A stretch of 64,000 bases of DNA from an uncultured Gemmatimonadales bacterium (GCA_963832055.1 CAWHST010000005.1:484285-548284); one strand, 5' to 3'. Numbered from the stretch's first letter, positions 45,019 to 53,675 are shown. A program made the numbers and translations. Notes: a model not told the origin generated them from the sequence alone.

Positions 45019-46410
45019 TCAGGCGCCGAGGCCGGCCTCGCGCCACCAGCGGTAGAATGTCGCGCGGCCGATGCCGAGCGCCCGGGCGGCGGCGGTGCGG
45101 TTGCCCCCGTGAGACGACAGCGCCCGCAACAGGATGGTGCGGCGGTCTTCCGAGGCGTACCGAGCGGTGGGAGGGCGGGCTCCATTGCGATTCGTGAGGA
45201 GAATGTCGGGCAGCTGGTGGGGCTCGATCGACGACTCCACGCCGGGCGGCAGGCCGGCGGCGACCTCGCGCATCACGTTCTCCAGCTGCCCCACGTTCCC
45301 GGGCCAGTCGCAGGCCTGAAGCACGGACGCCGCCGCGGCGGTGAGAACGGCGCGCGGCGCCCCGTGGCGGGCCAGGAAATGCTCGCCGAGCAGCACGATG
45401 TCACCACGGCGCTCGCGCAAGGCGGGGATCCGGATCCGCACCACCTGAAGCCGGCGCAGCAGATCGTCGCGGAACCGGCCTTCGCGTACCTCGACATTCA
45501 GCGCCTGGGTCGTCGCCGCAATGACCCGGACGTCGACTCGACGGGGCGCCCCCTCGCCATCGCGCTCGACCATGCCGGTCTCCAGCAGCCGGAGGAGGCG
45601 CGCCTGGGCCGGAAGTGATGCCGCATGCACCCGGTCGAGCAGGAGCGTCCCGCTGTGCGCCAGCTCGGCCCGACCGAGCGAGGCAGTGCCGTGCGCTCCC
45701 GGGCGGATCCGACCGAACAGCTCGGCCTCGAGAAGCGAGGGCGAGACCGCGCCGCAGTCCACCACGATGAGCGGGCGCTCGCACCGGTGGCTTCGCGCGT
45801 GGATGGCCTGCGCGACCAACTCCTTGCCTACGCCCGGCTCGCCCTCGATGACCACGGGGGCATCGCTGGGGGCAATGGCCTCGATAAGGTCATACAGCGC
45901 CGTCATCGCCGGATCGGCGCCGACCAAGCCGCCGTAGCCGGTTCGTCCGCCGGGCCCGCTGCGGGTGCGGCACAGGACCGTGAGGTCGCGGATGAGGATC
46001 AGGACGCCGGTTCGTCCCTCGGCGTCGGTCCAGGGCTGGGCGAGGGCTTCGGCGGTGCGGACATTGCCCTGCGCGCAGAGCACGCTGGCCAGGGCGCTGG
46101 TGGGCTGGCCGGAAGTCTTGGCTGCCCAGAGGAGCTCGCTGACGGCGGCGTCGAGCCGGAGGACTTCACGCCAGGGGCGGCGGTGCGCGGCGGAGGGAGC
46201 GAGGCCGGTGACCCTGCTGGCCGCCGGATTGTGCAGCACGACCCGTCCCTCGGCGTCGACGGCCACCACGCCGTCGTCGGTCGAGGCGAGCCATGCCTCG
46301 AAGATCCCCGCATCCACCGCGTCCATACGCCGGTTCCAGGGGGAGGGGTACTTCGACCTATTATCGAGCCAACTCCGAGCCACCGCAAGCAGCCGCGCCC
46401 CGCCCGCCAC
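45019..46410 (-). CDS. PAS-domain AAA+ enhancer-binding-protein-like regulator with HTH and a degenerate GAFTGA loop
   Basis: Intact 463-aa ORF. PAS-like DDGVVAVDAEGRVVLHNPAASRVTG, Walker A GEPGVGKELVA, Walker B GTLLLDRV, VIAATTQAL and C-terminal HTH RTAAARALGIGRATFYRWW. The loop reads GRIRPGAHGTASLG instead of GHEKGAFTGA. The start may be ATG 46326. Confidence 0.8.
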   Translation of the reverse strand: MAGGARLLAVARSWLDNRSKYPSPWNRRMDAVDAGIFEAWLASTDDGVVAVDAEGRVVLHNPAASRVTGLAPSAAHRRPWREVLRLDAAVSELLWAAKTSGQPTSALASVLCAQGNVRTAEALAQPWTDAEGRTGVLILIRDLTVLCRTRSGPGGRTGYGGLVGADPAMTALYDLIEAIAPSDAPVVIEGEPGVGKELVAQAIHARSHRCERPLIVVDCGAVSPSLLEAELFGRIRPGAHGTASLGRAELAHSGTLLLDRVHAASLPAQARLLRLLETGMVERDGEGAPRRVDVRVIAATTQALNVEVREGRFRDDLLRRLQVVRIRIPALRERRGDIVLLGEHFLARHGAPRAVLTAAAASVLQACDWPGNVGQLENVMREVAAGLPPGVESSIEPHQLPDILLTNRNGARPPTARYASEDRRTILLRALSSHGGNRTAAARALGIGRATFYRWWREAGLGA

Positions 46411-46485
46411 ATGCGCCCGATCGTTCTATTGCCTGACTCCACGGAACTTCATAGGTTAGACCGACCTACCCGGGGGAGGGGGCCG

Positions 46486-47604
46486 ATGTCGGATGCCTTT
46501 CTCAGCTCCGACGACTTCGACGAACAAGCCCATCAACTCTACAACGAAGGCCGCTACGATGACGCCCTGATCGTTCTGAAGGAAGGGATCGCGCTCTACC
46601 CTCACGCCGTCGAACTCCACATTGGAAAGGCATACGCCCATCTCGCCAGGGAGGAATTCGCCTGGTCGCGGCGGAGCTTCGACAATGCCTTGGGGCTCGA
46701 CCCGGATCACGAGGACGGCCTCGCTGGCGTCGGCGAGACACTGCTCAAGCTGGGCGACCGCGACGGGGCGATCAAAGTCTTCGAGCGGATCCTCCAGCTC
46801 GGCTTCCAGGACGATCACGAGCTGATGCTTCAGGTCGGCCGCGCGCTGTTCCGCGAGGGCCTGATCGGCCCGGCGCATCGCTTCTTCGATCTGGCCGCCG
46901 GGGCCCATCCCGACTCGCCCGACGCGGCCGCCTGTCTGGGCTACGCGGCGCACCGGCTGGGCAACGACGCCGGCTCGCTCTACTGGCTGCGCCGGGCTCT
47001 GGAGCTGGAGCCGAGCTTCGCCGAGGCGCGGATCTACCTGGCCAACCTGCTGTACGACCGGGGGGAGACCGAGGCGGCGCTGCACCAGCTCGAGCGGACT
47101 CAGCCCGAGGATCATTTCGACGAGCTGGGCATCTGGCGCCACGTCGAGCTCAAGAAGTCGGTCTACCGCCTGCCGGACGAGGATCCCGAGCTGAAGCCGT
47201 GGCTCACCCGGCTCGCGGAAGTCGCCGGTGACCCGGATCCGATCGACATGCTGCTCGCGGAGGTGGAAGCCTCCCAGGCCGACGGCGGCATCCGCGATCC
47301 CCACCAGCTGGAGCTCTTCGGCACCCTGCTGAGCGAGCTGCACGCGATGCAGAAGAAGCCGGGCCAGGGGGAATCCCACCTCGTCGTCACCCTCTCGGGA
47401 CAGCCCATCCGGGGCGACTGGGACGAGATTCTCCTCCAGATGAAGGCCGCCGACCGGGAGTGGGCGCACGGCTCGCTGAGCGACTTCATGATCAGCCTGG
47501 CCCGGCGCGGGCACGCCGAGACCGGCGTGGTGATCCCCACAACCGATGCGGAGGCATTCATCCGCGGCAGCGCGGAAGCCGGCGTGTTGCGAATCGTTCA
47601 GTAG
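46486..47604 (+). CDS. Tetratricopeptide repeat (TPR) protein
   Basis: Last 372 aa of ORF 45625..47604, from ATG 46486 (GGGGAGGGGG upstream). Repeated 34-aa TPR-like units (YNEGRYDDALIVLKEGIALYPH, ...ALGLDPDHEDGL, ...ALELEPSFAEARIYLANLLY). Confidence 0.8.
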   Translation: MSDAFLSSDDFDEQAHQLYNEGRYDDALIVLKEGIALYPHAVELHIGKAYAHLAREEFAWSRRSFDNALGLDPDHEDGLAGVGETLLKLGDRDGAIKVFERILQLGFQDDHELMLQVGRALFREGLIGPAHRFFDLAAGAHPDSPDAAACLGYAAHRLGNDAGSLYWLRRALELEPSFAEARIYLANLLYDRGETEAALHQLERTQPEDHFDELGIWRHVELKKSVYRLPDEDPELKPWLTRLAEVAGDPDPIDMLLAEVEASQADGGIRDPHQLELFGTLLSELHAMQKKPGQGESHLVVTLSGQPIRGDWDEILLQMKAADREWAHGSLSDFMISLARRGHAETGVVIPTTDAEAFIRGSAEAGVLRIVQ

Positions 47605-47611
47605 CCAAAAA

Positions 47612-47703
47612 AGCGTGAAAGGTGAAAAGTGAAAAGTGAAAAGGGGGTCGCGATGGGTGAGGGTGGGGCGGCCCGTTCACCTGTCACTTTTCACCTTTCA
47701 CGC
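47612..47703. repeat. Composite hairpin repeat, family B copy 1: (GTGAAAR)n arm, loop, (YTTTCAC)n arm
   Basis: Left arm 47612-47646 (aGCGTGAAAG GTGAAAA GTGAAAA GTGAAAAGGGGG). Right arm 47672-47703 (CCCGTTCACCTGTCACTTTTCACCTTTCACGC). The outer 20 bp pair perfectly. The loop holds the probable ATG (47653) of the M16 peptidase gene. Confidence 0.88.
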
Positions 47704-50334
47704 ATCTGGACCGACGGTGTCAGAAAAGAAATCCTTCCCAACGGCCTGACCCTCCTGGTCCAGCCCGACCACTCGGCGCCGGTCGTCGCGGTGGTCACCC
47801 ACGTCAAGGCGGGGTTCTTCGACGAGCCCGACCGGTGGACCGGCATCTCCCACGTCCTCGAGCACATGTTCTTCAAGGGCACGCCGCGCCGCGGGGTGGG
47901 CGCGATCGCGCGGGAGACCAAGAGCGCCGGCGGCTACCTCAACGCCAGCACGACCTACGACCACACCACCTATTTCACCGTCCTCCCCGCCTCGGGGCTG
48001 GAGGCCGCGCTCGACATCCAGTCCGATGCGCTGCGCAACTCCGTCCTGGACCCGGGCGAGCTGTCGCGGGAGCTCCAGGTCATCATCCAGGAGGCGAACC
48101 GTAAGCTCGACTCGTCTTCCGCCGTGGCCTACGAGACGCTGCACGAGGTGATGTTCGACCGCCACCGCATTCGCCGGTGGCGGATCGGACGCGAGGAGCA
48201 GCTCGCGCGGCTCACGCGGGACGATCTGTGGGCTTACTACCGCTCGCGCTACGTGCCGGAGCGCACCATCGTCACGATCGTGGGCGCGGTGGACCCGGAC
48301 CGGGCTCTGGGGTTGGCGCGGGAGGCGTACGGCGACTGGCCGGCGTCCCCCGGCGCGGTCGACCCCTCGCCCGAGGAGCCCGACCGCCGGGAGGTTCGCG
48401 CCCGCACGATCCGCGGTGACGTCACCCAGGCCGAGCTGGTGCTCGGCTGGCGTGCGGTGCCGCCGCTGCATCCCGACGCCACCGCACTCGACCTCGCGGC
48501 CGCGGTCCTCGGCTCCGGGCGGGGAAGCTGGCTCTACCGCTCGCTGCGCGAGCCGGGGCTGGTGACCTGGGTGGCCGCCCACCATCACGCGCCCACCGAG
48601 CTGGGCGTCTTCAGCGTGAGCGCCGAGCTGCGGCCCGAGCGCCTGGATGCGGCGGTCACCGGGATCGCCGAAGCGATCGCCAGACTGGCACTCGTCGGAC
48701 CCAGCGCCGAGGAGCTGGATCGGGCCCGCACGCTGGTCCGCGCGCGGTGGGCGCGCCGGCTCGAGCCCATGGAGGGCCGGGCGAGTGCGCTCGCAGCCGC
48801 AGAGGCGCTGGACGAGGTCGGGTTGCTCGACCGGGAGTACGCCCTGCTGGCGGAGATCGGACCGGCCGAGGTACGAGAGGTGGCGGCGCGCCACCTGGCA
48901 CCGGACGCGGTGGCCGGAGTGGCGTACCTGCCGCGGGGTGGAGCTCGGGATCTCACCGCCGACACCCTGGCGCGCACCTTCGCGGTCACCGAGCTGCGCG
49001 CCGGAACGAACGGCGTCGCTCCGAAGCATGCGCGCCGCCCGGCGGTGCCGGCGCGCCCCACGCAGGAGTACGGCGTCTGGGTCACCCGGCTGCCGGGCGC
49101 CGATCTGCTGGTGTACCGCAAGACCGGCGTGCCGCTGGTCAATCTCGGCATCTACGTACCTCGCCAGCGATTCGACCCTCCGGCCCATGCGGGCCTCGGC
49201 TCGCTGCTGGTGCGCGCGGCGGTTCGCGGGGCCGGCGATCTGGACGCGGCCGCGCTCGCCTTCGCGTTCGAGCGTCTGGGCGGGACGCTCGCCACCAGCT
49301 CCGCCTCCGACTGGCTGGGCTTCGGCGCCTCGGTGCTGTCGGAGAACCTGCCGGAGGCCGCCGCGCTGCTGGAGTCCGTCTTCTCCCGTCCCCACCTCGG
49401 CGACGCCGACATCGTGGCCGAGCGCGGGCTGATGATCGCCGAGGCCGAGCGGGTGGCCGACGACATGTTCCGCTATCCCTTTCAGCTCGCGTTCTCCGCG
49501 GCCTTCGGGGATCGAGGGTATGGTCTGCCGGTCGGCGGGCTGCCCGAGACGCTGCCGGCGATCGGGCCGGCTGACGTACGCGCCTGGCACGCCACCGAGG
49601 TCGGTGGCGTGCGGCCGGTGGTGATCGCGGTGGGAGACGTGGAGCCGGCGCGCGCGTCGGACGACCTGGCCGGCGTCTTCGCCGCGCGCGCTGCGATCGC
49701 GGCCTCCGAGCCGTCCGAGACCGTCGAGTGGGTGCCCGGCGCGAGCGCGGAGCCCCCGGTCCGGGTGGTGTCGCGGGACAAGGCCCAGGCGGCGCTCGCG
49801 ATGGCGTTTCCCGGCCCGCCGCGGCGCGACCGGGACCGAGCCGCGGCGCAGGTGTGGGGCGCAGTCGCGAGCGGCCTGGGAGGCCGGCTGTTCGAGGCGT
49901 TGCGGGACCGCCGGTCGCTGGCCTACACCGTCGTCGCCACGGCGTGGCAGAAGGCGCGAGGCGGCGCCCTGCTCACCTACATCGCGACGTCGCCCGAGCG
50001 GGAGGACGAAGCGCGCGAGCAGATGCTGGTGGAGCTGTCCCGGTTCACCCGCGAGCCGGTCGCCGAGGCCGAGCTGCAGCAGGCGGTGAGCTACTTGGCG
50101 GGGCAGGCGGAGGTGAGCCGGCAGAGCGGTGGCGCGGTGGCCGGGGAGATTCTCGAGGCCTGGGTGGCCGGGAGCGGTCTCGCGGAGCTGGCCGACCCGG
50201 CCGCGCCGTTCCGAGCGGTGGACGCGGAGGACGTGCTGCGGGTCGCGGCCGCGTCGCTCGATCCGGCGCGCAAGGCCGAAGGGGTGGTGCGCGGAACCGG
50301 CGCCGGCGCGCACCCGGCGGCGGTGCCCCGCTAG
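47653..50334 (+). CDS. M16 family zinc peptidase, fused double-unit form (PqqL/pitrilysin-like)
   Basis: Intact ORF 47629..50334. Inverted zinc motif HVLEH (GISHVLEHMFFKGT), with a second M16-like half from about 49100. ATG 47653 is preferred because GTG 47629 lies inside the repeat arm. Confidence 0.88.
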   Translation: MGEGGAARSPVTFHLSRIWTDGVRKEILPNGLTLLVQPDHSAPVVAVVTHVKAGFFDEPDRWTGISHVLEHMFFKGTPRRGVGAIARETKSAGGYLNASTTYDHTTYFTVLPASGLEAALDIQSDALRNSVLDPGELSRELQVIIQEANRKLDSSSAVAYETLHEVMFDRHRIRRWRIGREEQLARLTRDDLWAYYRSRYVPERTIVTIVGAVDPDRALGLAREAYGDWPASPGAVDPSPEEPDRREVRARTIRGDVTQAELVLGWRAVPPLHPDATALDLAAAVLGSGRGSWLYRSLREPGLVTWVAAHHHAPTELGVFSVSAELRPERLDAAVTGIAEAIARLALVGPSAEELDRARTLVRARWARRLEPMEGRASALAAAEALDEVGLLDREYALLAEIGPAEVREVAARHLAPDAVAGVAYLPRGGARDLTADTLARTFAVTELRAGTNGVAPKHARRPAVPARPTQEYGVWVTRLPGADLLVYRKTGVPLVNLGIYVPRQRFDPPAHAGLGSLLVRAAVRGAGDLDAAALAFAFERLGGTLATSSASDWLGFGASVLSENLPEAAALLESVFSRPHLGDADIVAERGLMIAEAERVADDMFRYPFQLAFSAAFGDRGYGLPVGGLPETLPAIGPADVRAWHATEVGGVRPVVIAVGDVEPARASDDLAGVFAARAAIAASEPSETVEWVPGASAEPPVRVVSRDKAQAALAMAFPGPPRRDRDRAAAQVWGAVASGLGGRLFEALRDRRSLAYTVVATAWQKARGGALLTYIATSPEREDEAREQMLVELSRFTREPVAEAELQQAVSYLAGQAEVSRQSGGAVAGEILEAWVAGSGLAELADPAAPFRAVDAEDVLRVAAASLDPARKAEGVVRGTGAGAHPAAVPR

Positions 50335-50646
50335 TCAGGCCGAGGCGCCGAACCTCCGCGCGATCACCTCGGCACCACGCGACGCGTCCGCCGGCTCTCG
50401 CGCCACGACGTCCACCAGGCAGATCCCTTCCTCGGGCACCGTGTGAATCACGACGTGCCCAAACTGGCAGAGCATCCCGACCGAGATTCCACGGGGCCCC
50501 TCGCGCACGACCGGCGGGCCGAGGGCCGACATGCCCACCGCGCCGGCAGCCGCCACCACCACGGCCGACAAGCCGTCGACGTCCGCCAGCCGAGCGGACA
50601 CCAGGTCGGTCAATTCGAGGATGGACTGATTGAAGGTGGGGTTCAC
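50335..50646 (-). CDS. S-adenosylmethionine decarboxylase-related (AdoMet_dc fold) small protein lacking the self-cleavage Ser
   Basis: Intact 103-aa ORF. VVIHTVPEEGICLVDVV matches the HT(W)PE...(A)VD core of class 1 AdoMetDC. The expected ES cleavage dipeptide is replaced by QF (LCQFGH). The stop abuts the M16 stop. Confidence 0.55.
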   Translation of the reverse strand: MNPTFNQSILELTDLVSARLADVDGLSAVVVAAAGAVGMSALGPPVVREGPRGISVGMLCQFGHVVIHTVPEEGICLVDVVAREPADASRGAEVIARRFGASA

Positions 50647-50735
50647 GCGAAGAACCTCGCCTCTCTCACTTGGCGACGAGTATCTTGTACGCCTGGCGCC
50701 GCGGGTCCCGGCATCCGGCCAGCGAAAGGAGCAAG

Positions 50736-51296
50736 GTGTCCGAAACTAGTCCTCGGCAGATGGGGGATCAAGGCCGGTCAGGGTGGACGACGGCGGACCT
50801 CGTGAGCGTGGTGCGGATCCCGCTGGCGGTGGCGTTTCCCCTGGTCTCGAACCGCTGGCGGATGGTGATCCTGGCGATCGCCGCGGCCACGGATCTGCTC
50901 GACGGACCCCTCGCCCGGCGGTTCGGCGCGTCGGCGATCGGAAGCGTGATCGACCCGGTGGCGGACAAGCTGTTCATGGCCTCGGCATTCGGTGTGGTGG
51001 CGGTCTCCGGCCGCCTGGCCCCGTTCGAAATCGTGGGCGTCCTGTTGCGGGACATCGTGGCGACGGTCGCCTTCGCGGCCACGATCCTCTCCCACCGGCC
51101 GCGCGCCATCCCGGCCCGGGCCGGCGGCAAGGCGGTGACGGTGGCACAGGCGCTCACGCTGGTGGCGTTTCTCACCGGCTCGCCGCTGCTCCAGCCGATG
51201 GCGTGGGCCACCACCGCGATCGCGATCTACGCCATCTGGGACTATTACCGGGTGGCACCGGCCTCGGAGCGTCGGGTGGGAGGGACGGAGGGATGA
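50736..51296 (+). CDS. CDP-alcohol phosphatidyltransferase family protein
   Basis: ORF 50670..51296. Motif D-x2-DG-x2-AR-x8-G-x3-D-x3-D (ATDLLDGPLARRFGASAIGSVIDPVADK). GTG 50736 lies 5 nt after AAAGGAG. Confidence 0.82.
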   Translation: MSETSPRQMGDQGRSGWTTADLVSVVRIPLAVAFPLVSNRWRMVILAIAAATDLLDGPLARRFGASAIGSVIDPVADKLFMASAFGVVAVSGRLAPFEIVGVLLRDIVATVAFAATILSHRPRAIPARAGGKAVTVAQALTLVAFLTGSPLLQPMAWATTAIAIYAIWDYYRVAPASERRVGGTEG

Positions 51297-51703
51297 CGGC
51301 GGAGACGAAACGGATCGCGCTGACGTGGGAGTCGGGGCTGGTCTTTCGCGGCGGGGCTCCCGGCGGCCCGGAGGTGGTGATCGACGGCGACAACGCGGCC
51401 GGCCCCGGGCCGATGCTCAGCCTGTTGCTGGCGGCGGCGGCGTGCACCGGCTCCGACGTCGTCGTCATCCTGGAGAAGATGCGGGTCCTGCTGCGGCAGG
51501 TCCGGATCGAGGTCAGCGGCGTGCGGCGGGAACAGGAGCCGAGGCGCTACACCTCCATCCACTTCGATTTTCATCTTGCCGGAGACGGCCTGGACGAGCC
51601 CCGCGCCCGCCGCGCCATCGACCTGTCGCTCGACAAGTACTGCTCCGTGGTCGCCTCGCTCGCGCCCGACATCTCGATCACCTATGGCCTTGCGCTGGCT
51701 TAG
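51293..51703 (+). CDS. OsmC family peroxiredoxin-like protein
   Basis: Last 136 aa of ORF 50783..51703. MTAETKRIALTWESGLVFRG...LLLAAAACTGSDVV...DKYCSVVASL carries the two conserved Cys. ATG 51293 forms ATGA with the upstream stop. Confidence 0.82.
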   Translation: MTAETKRIALTWESGLVFRGGAPGGPEVVIDGDNAAGPGPMLSLLLAAAACTGSDVVVILEKMRVLLRQVRIEVSGVRREQEPRRYTSIHFDFHLAGDGLDEPRARRAIDLSLDKYCSVVASLAPDISITYGLALA

Positions 51704-52149
51704 CGCGGTGGCGGCGCTCGCCGCCGCCGCACCGGCCGGCGCGCAGCAGGTCAAGGAACTCGGTCTCCAGGCTACCGGCACCCTCTCGGACCCGGCGCTC
51801 GCCGTCGGCGGAGTCTATGGCGCCTGGCGCCCGTCGTCGCGGGGCCGGATCTCGGCGGCGGCTGGGCCTGGGCGGATCCGGCGGCGCGACGGCCTGGCGG
51901 GGCGAGCTGCTGGGTCACTTTCTCCTCGCGCCCAACAGGAAACGGGGCCCTGGGGTCTACTTGGCGGGTGGAGTGGCGGTCGTCGGCGGTCCCGCCGACC
52001 GCGGGTATCTCGTGCTGGCGGTCGGAATCGAGGACCGGCCGGGCGGCCCGTCGGGATGGTTCGCCGAAGCCGGGGTGGGGGGTGGCGCTCGTCTCTCGGC
52101 CGGGTACCGCTGGCGATGGTTTCCCGACTGGTGGCGATTGCGGTCATGA
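51685..52149 (+). CDS. Hypothetical secreted protein (Gly-rich, possibly a small beta-barrel), one frame disruption near 51860
   Basis: Signal peptide MALRWLSAVAALAAAAPAGAQQ (frame of ORF 51576..52397). It joins WRGELLGHFLLAPNRKRGPGVYLAGGVAVVGG...AGYRWRWFPDWWRLRS* (ORF 51325..52149). Confidence 0.5.
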   Translation, partial: WPCAGLARWRRSPPPHRPARSRSRNSVSRLPAPSRTRRSPSAESMAPGARRRGAGSRRRLGLGGSGGATAWRGELLGHFLLAPNRKRGPGVYLAGGVAVVGGPADRGYLVLAVGIEDRPGGPSGWFAEAGVGGGARLSAGYRWRWFPDWWRLRS

Positions 52150-52153
52150 AAAA

Positions 52154-52182
52154 GCGCCCCGGGGCGGTACGCCCCGGGGCGC
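52154..52182. terminator. Bidirectional terminator hairpin between convergent genes
   Basis: GCGCCCCGGGG-cggtacg-CCCCGGGGCGC, an 11-bp perfect stem. It is preceded by aaaa on the plus strand. Confidence 0.65.
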
Positions 52183-52201
52183 TGCGTCCTTGCAGGAGGG
52201 C

Positions 52202-52468
52202 TCAGACGGCGCCCGTCGCCATGGCCTCGGGCTTACGCTGGACCGGCTGGCTGAACCGTTCGCCCAATACGCGAAGCTGGTCGAGCTCTTCCTTGGTCAG
52301 GTCCTCGTACCGATCGGCCAGGTACAACATGGTGTCGTCGAACCAGTCCTTCTGGTGCTCCGGCAGGGCATCGATGACGCCACAGCGGAGAATGTGACTG
52401 AACATCTCGTCACGGGCCTGGGAGAAGGACACCGCTTCGGGGTCGCGCCGGAGTTTCTTCGTCGTCAT
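52202..52468 (-). CDS. Hypothetical small protein (88 aa)
   Basis: Intact ORF with acidic, helical-looking sequence (DEMFSHILRCGVIDALPEHQKDWFDDTMLYLADRYEDLTKEELDQL). No family recognised. Confidence 0.55.
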   Translation of the reverse strand: MTTKKLRRDPEAVSFSQARDEMFSHILRCGVIDALPEHQKDWFDDTMLYLADRYEDLTKEELDQLRVLGERFSQPVQRKPEAMATGAV

Positions 52469-52534
52469 CTACCTTCCTTCTCACGGCCAAGTGGCCGTGT
52501 GTTCGGGGGTTGGGGTCAGCCTCAATATAAACTG

Positions 52535-52552
52535 ATTGCACCTTTTGGTGCA
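52535..52552. promoter_or_regulatory. 18-bp palindrome TTGCACC-TTTT-GGTGCAA in a divergent promoter region; candidate operator
   Basis: Read directly. It lies in the relatively AT-rich 206-nt spacer between the divergent genes 52202..52468 (-) and 52675..52977 (+). Confidence 0.4.
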
Positions 52553-52674
52553 AAGGGTCCATTTTCGCCAGTGCCAGGGTGTTGCGCTGCCTCCTCGACC
52601 TGCAATATCGGGACCCGAACCGCGCCGGCCCGTGACGCCACCCACACTGGCCCCTCTATTATCATTCCCCCAGC

Positions 52675-52977
52675 ATGGCCGACCACGACGAAGTGTACGA
52701 CGAAGCCAGAGCGGACCGGCTGGCCGCCCTCCTCCGAGGGCTGGCCCAGCGGATCCAGGAGCTCGACCAGGCGGGCAACCTGCTGCGGGGGGCGCCGGAG
52801 CTCATCCGCCTGATGGGTGACGCGCGCAGCGAGCTGTTCCATTACGAGGTCCGCAGCACCTACGATTCCCCCGAAGTGGCTGACCGCCGTCGCATCGTGG
52901 AAGATGCCCAGCGGCAGGACCCGTTCCACGACGATCCGGAGGATGACGAGCCATGGCGGCGACGCCAGTCGGAATGA
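52675..52977 (+). CDS. Hypothetical small acidic protein (100 aa)
   Basis: Intact ORF. The stop forms ATGA with the DsbA-like gene start. No family recognised. Confidence 0.5.
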   Translation: MADHDEVYDEARADRLAALLRGLAQRIQELDQAGNLLRGAPELIRLMGDARSELFHYEVRSTYDSPEVADRRRIVEDAQRQDPFHDDPEDDEPWRRRQSE

Positions 52978-53634
52978 AGCGCTTCTACGCCATTCTCGCC
53001 GGCGTCGCCGTCGTGGGGCTCGGCGCGCTGGGCTTCCTCATGTCTCGGCCTCGCGTGGCGAGCATCCCGGCCAACGTGACGATCCAGCCATCGGACACCG
53101 CGGGCTTTCGCGGGTACCTCAAGGGCTCGGCGGACGCCCCGGTGGAGATCACCGAGTACGCCGACTATCAATGCCCCTTCTGCCAGACGTTCGCGACGCT
53201 GCAGATGCCGACGATCGAGGAGCGGCTGATCAAGACCGGCAGATTGCGCTGGCGCTATCGCGACTTCCCATTGCAGCAGCACCCGTTCGCCCGGTTGGCG
53301 GCCCACTCGGCGGCCTGTGGGGACGAGCAGGGCAAGTACTGGGAGAATGCACGATCGCATCTACGAGGGCCAAGGCGACTGGTCCGCGGCGCGGGACGCC
53401 GGCGATCACTTCCGGGACTACGCGCGGGCCGCGGGGCTGGATGTCGCGCGCTACGACGAGTGCATGGAATCGGGCAAGTACGCTGGCAGAATCCAGGCCA
53501 GCCAGGAGGAGGGTGCGCGGGCGGGTGTCGGGTCCACGCCGACGCTGCTCGTGGGGGGTCGTCTCTATCAGGGACGGATCGATTCCGACGCGATCCGGCG
53601 GCTGGTGGATTCGCTGGCCCCTGCCACTCCATGA
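52974..53634 (+). CDS. DsbA-like thiol:disulfide oxidoreductase (thioredoxin fold, membrane-anchored), one frame disruption near 53345
   Basis: MKRFYAILAGVAVVGLGALGFLM anchor, and active site CPFC (EYADYQCPFCQTF) in ORF 52953..53675. The C-terminus is in ORF 53317..53634 (HDRIYEGQGDWSAA...GVGSTPTLLVGGRLYQG). Confidence 0.82.
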
Positions 53635-53675
53635 GCCTCGAGGGGGACGCGGCGGCGCGGCGCGGGAACCACTGA

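Noticed and set aside
47629-47652. GTG at 47629 as the M16 peptidase start (ORF-track start)
   Set aside because: This GTG is one of the GTGAAAA repeat units of the hairpin arm. ATG 47653 has a G-rich SD-like sequence 6 nt upstream. Neither start is proven.
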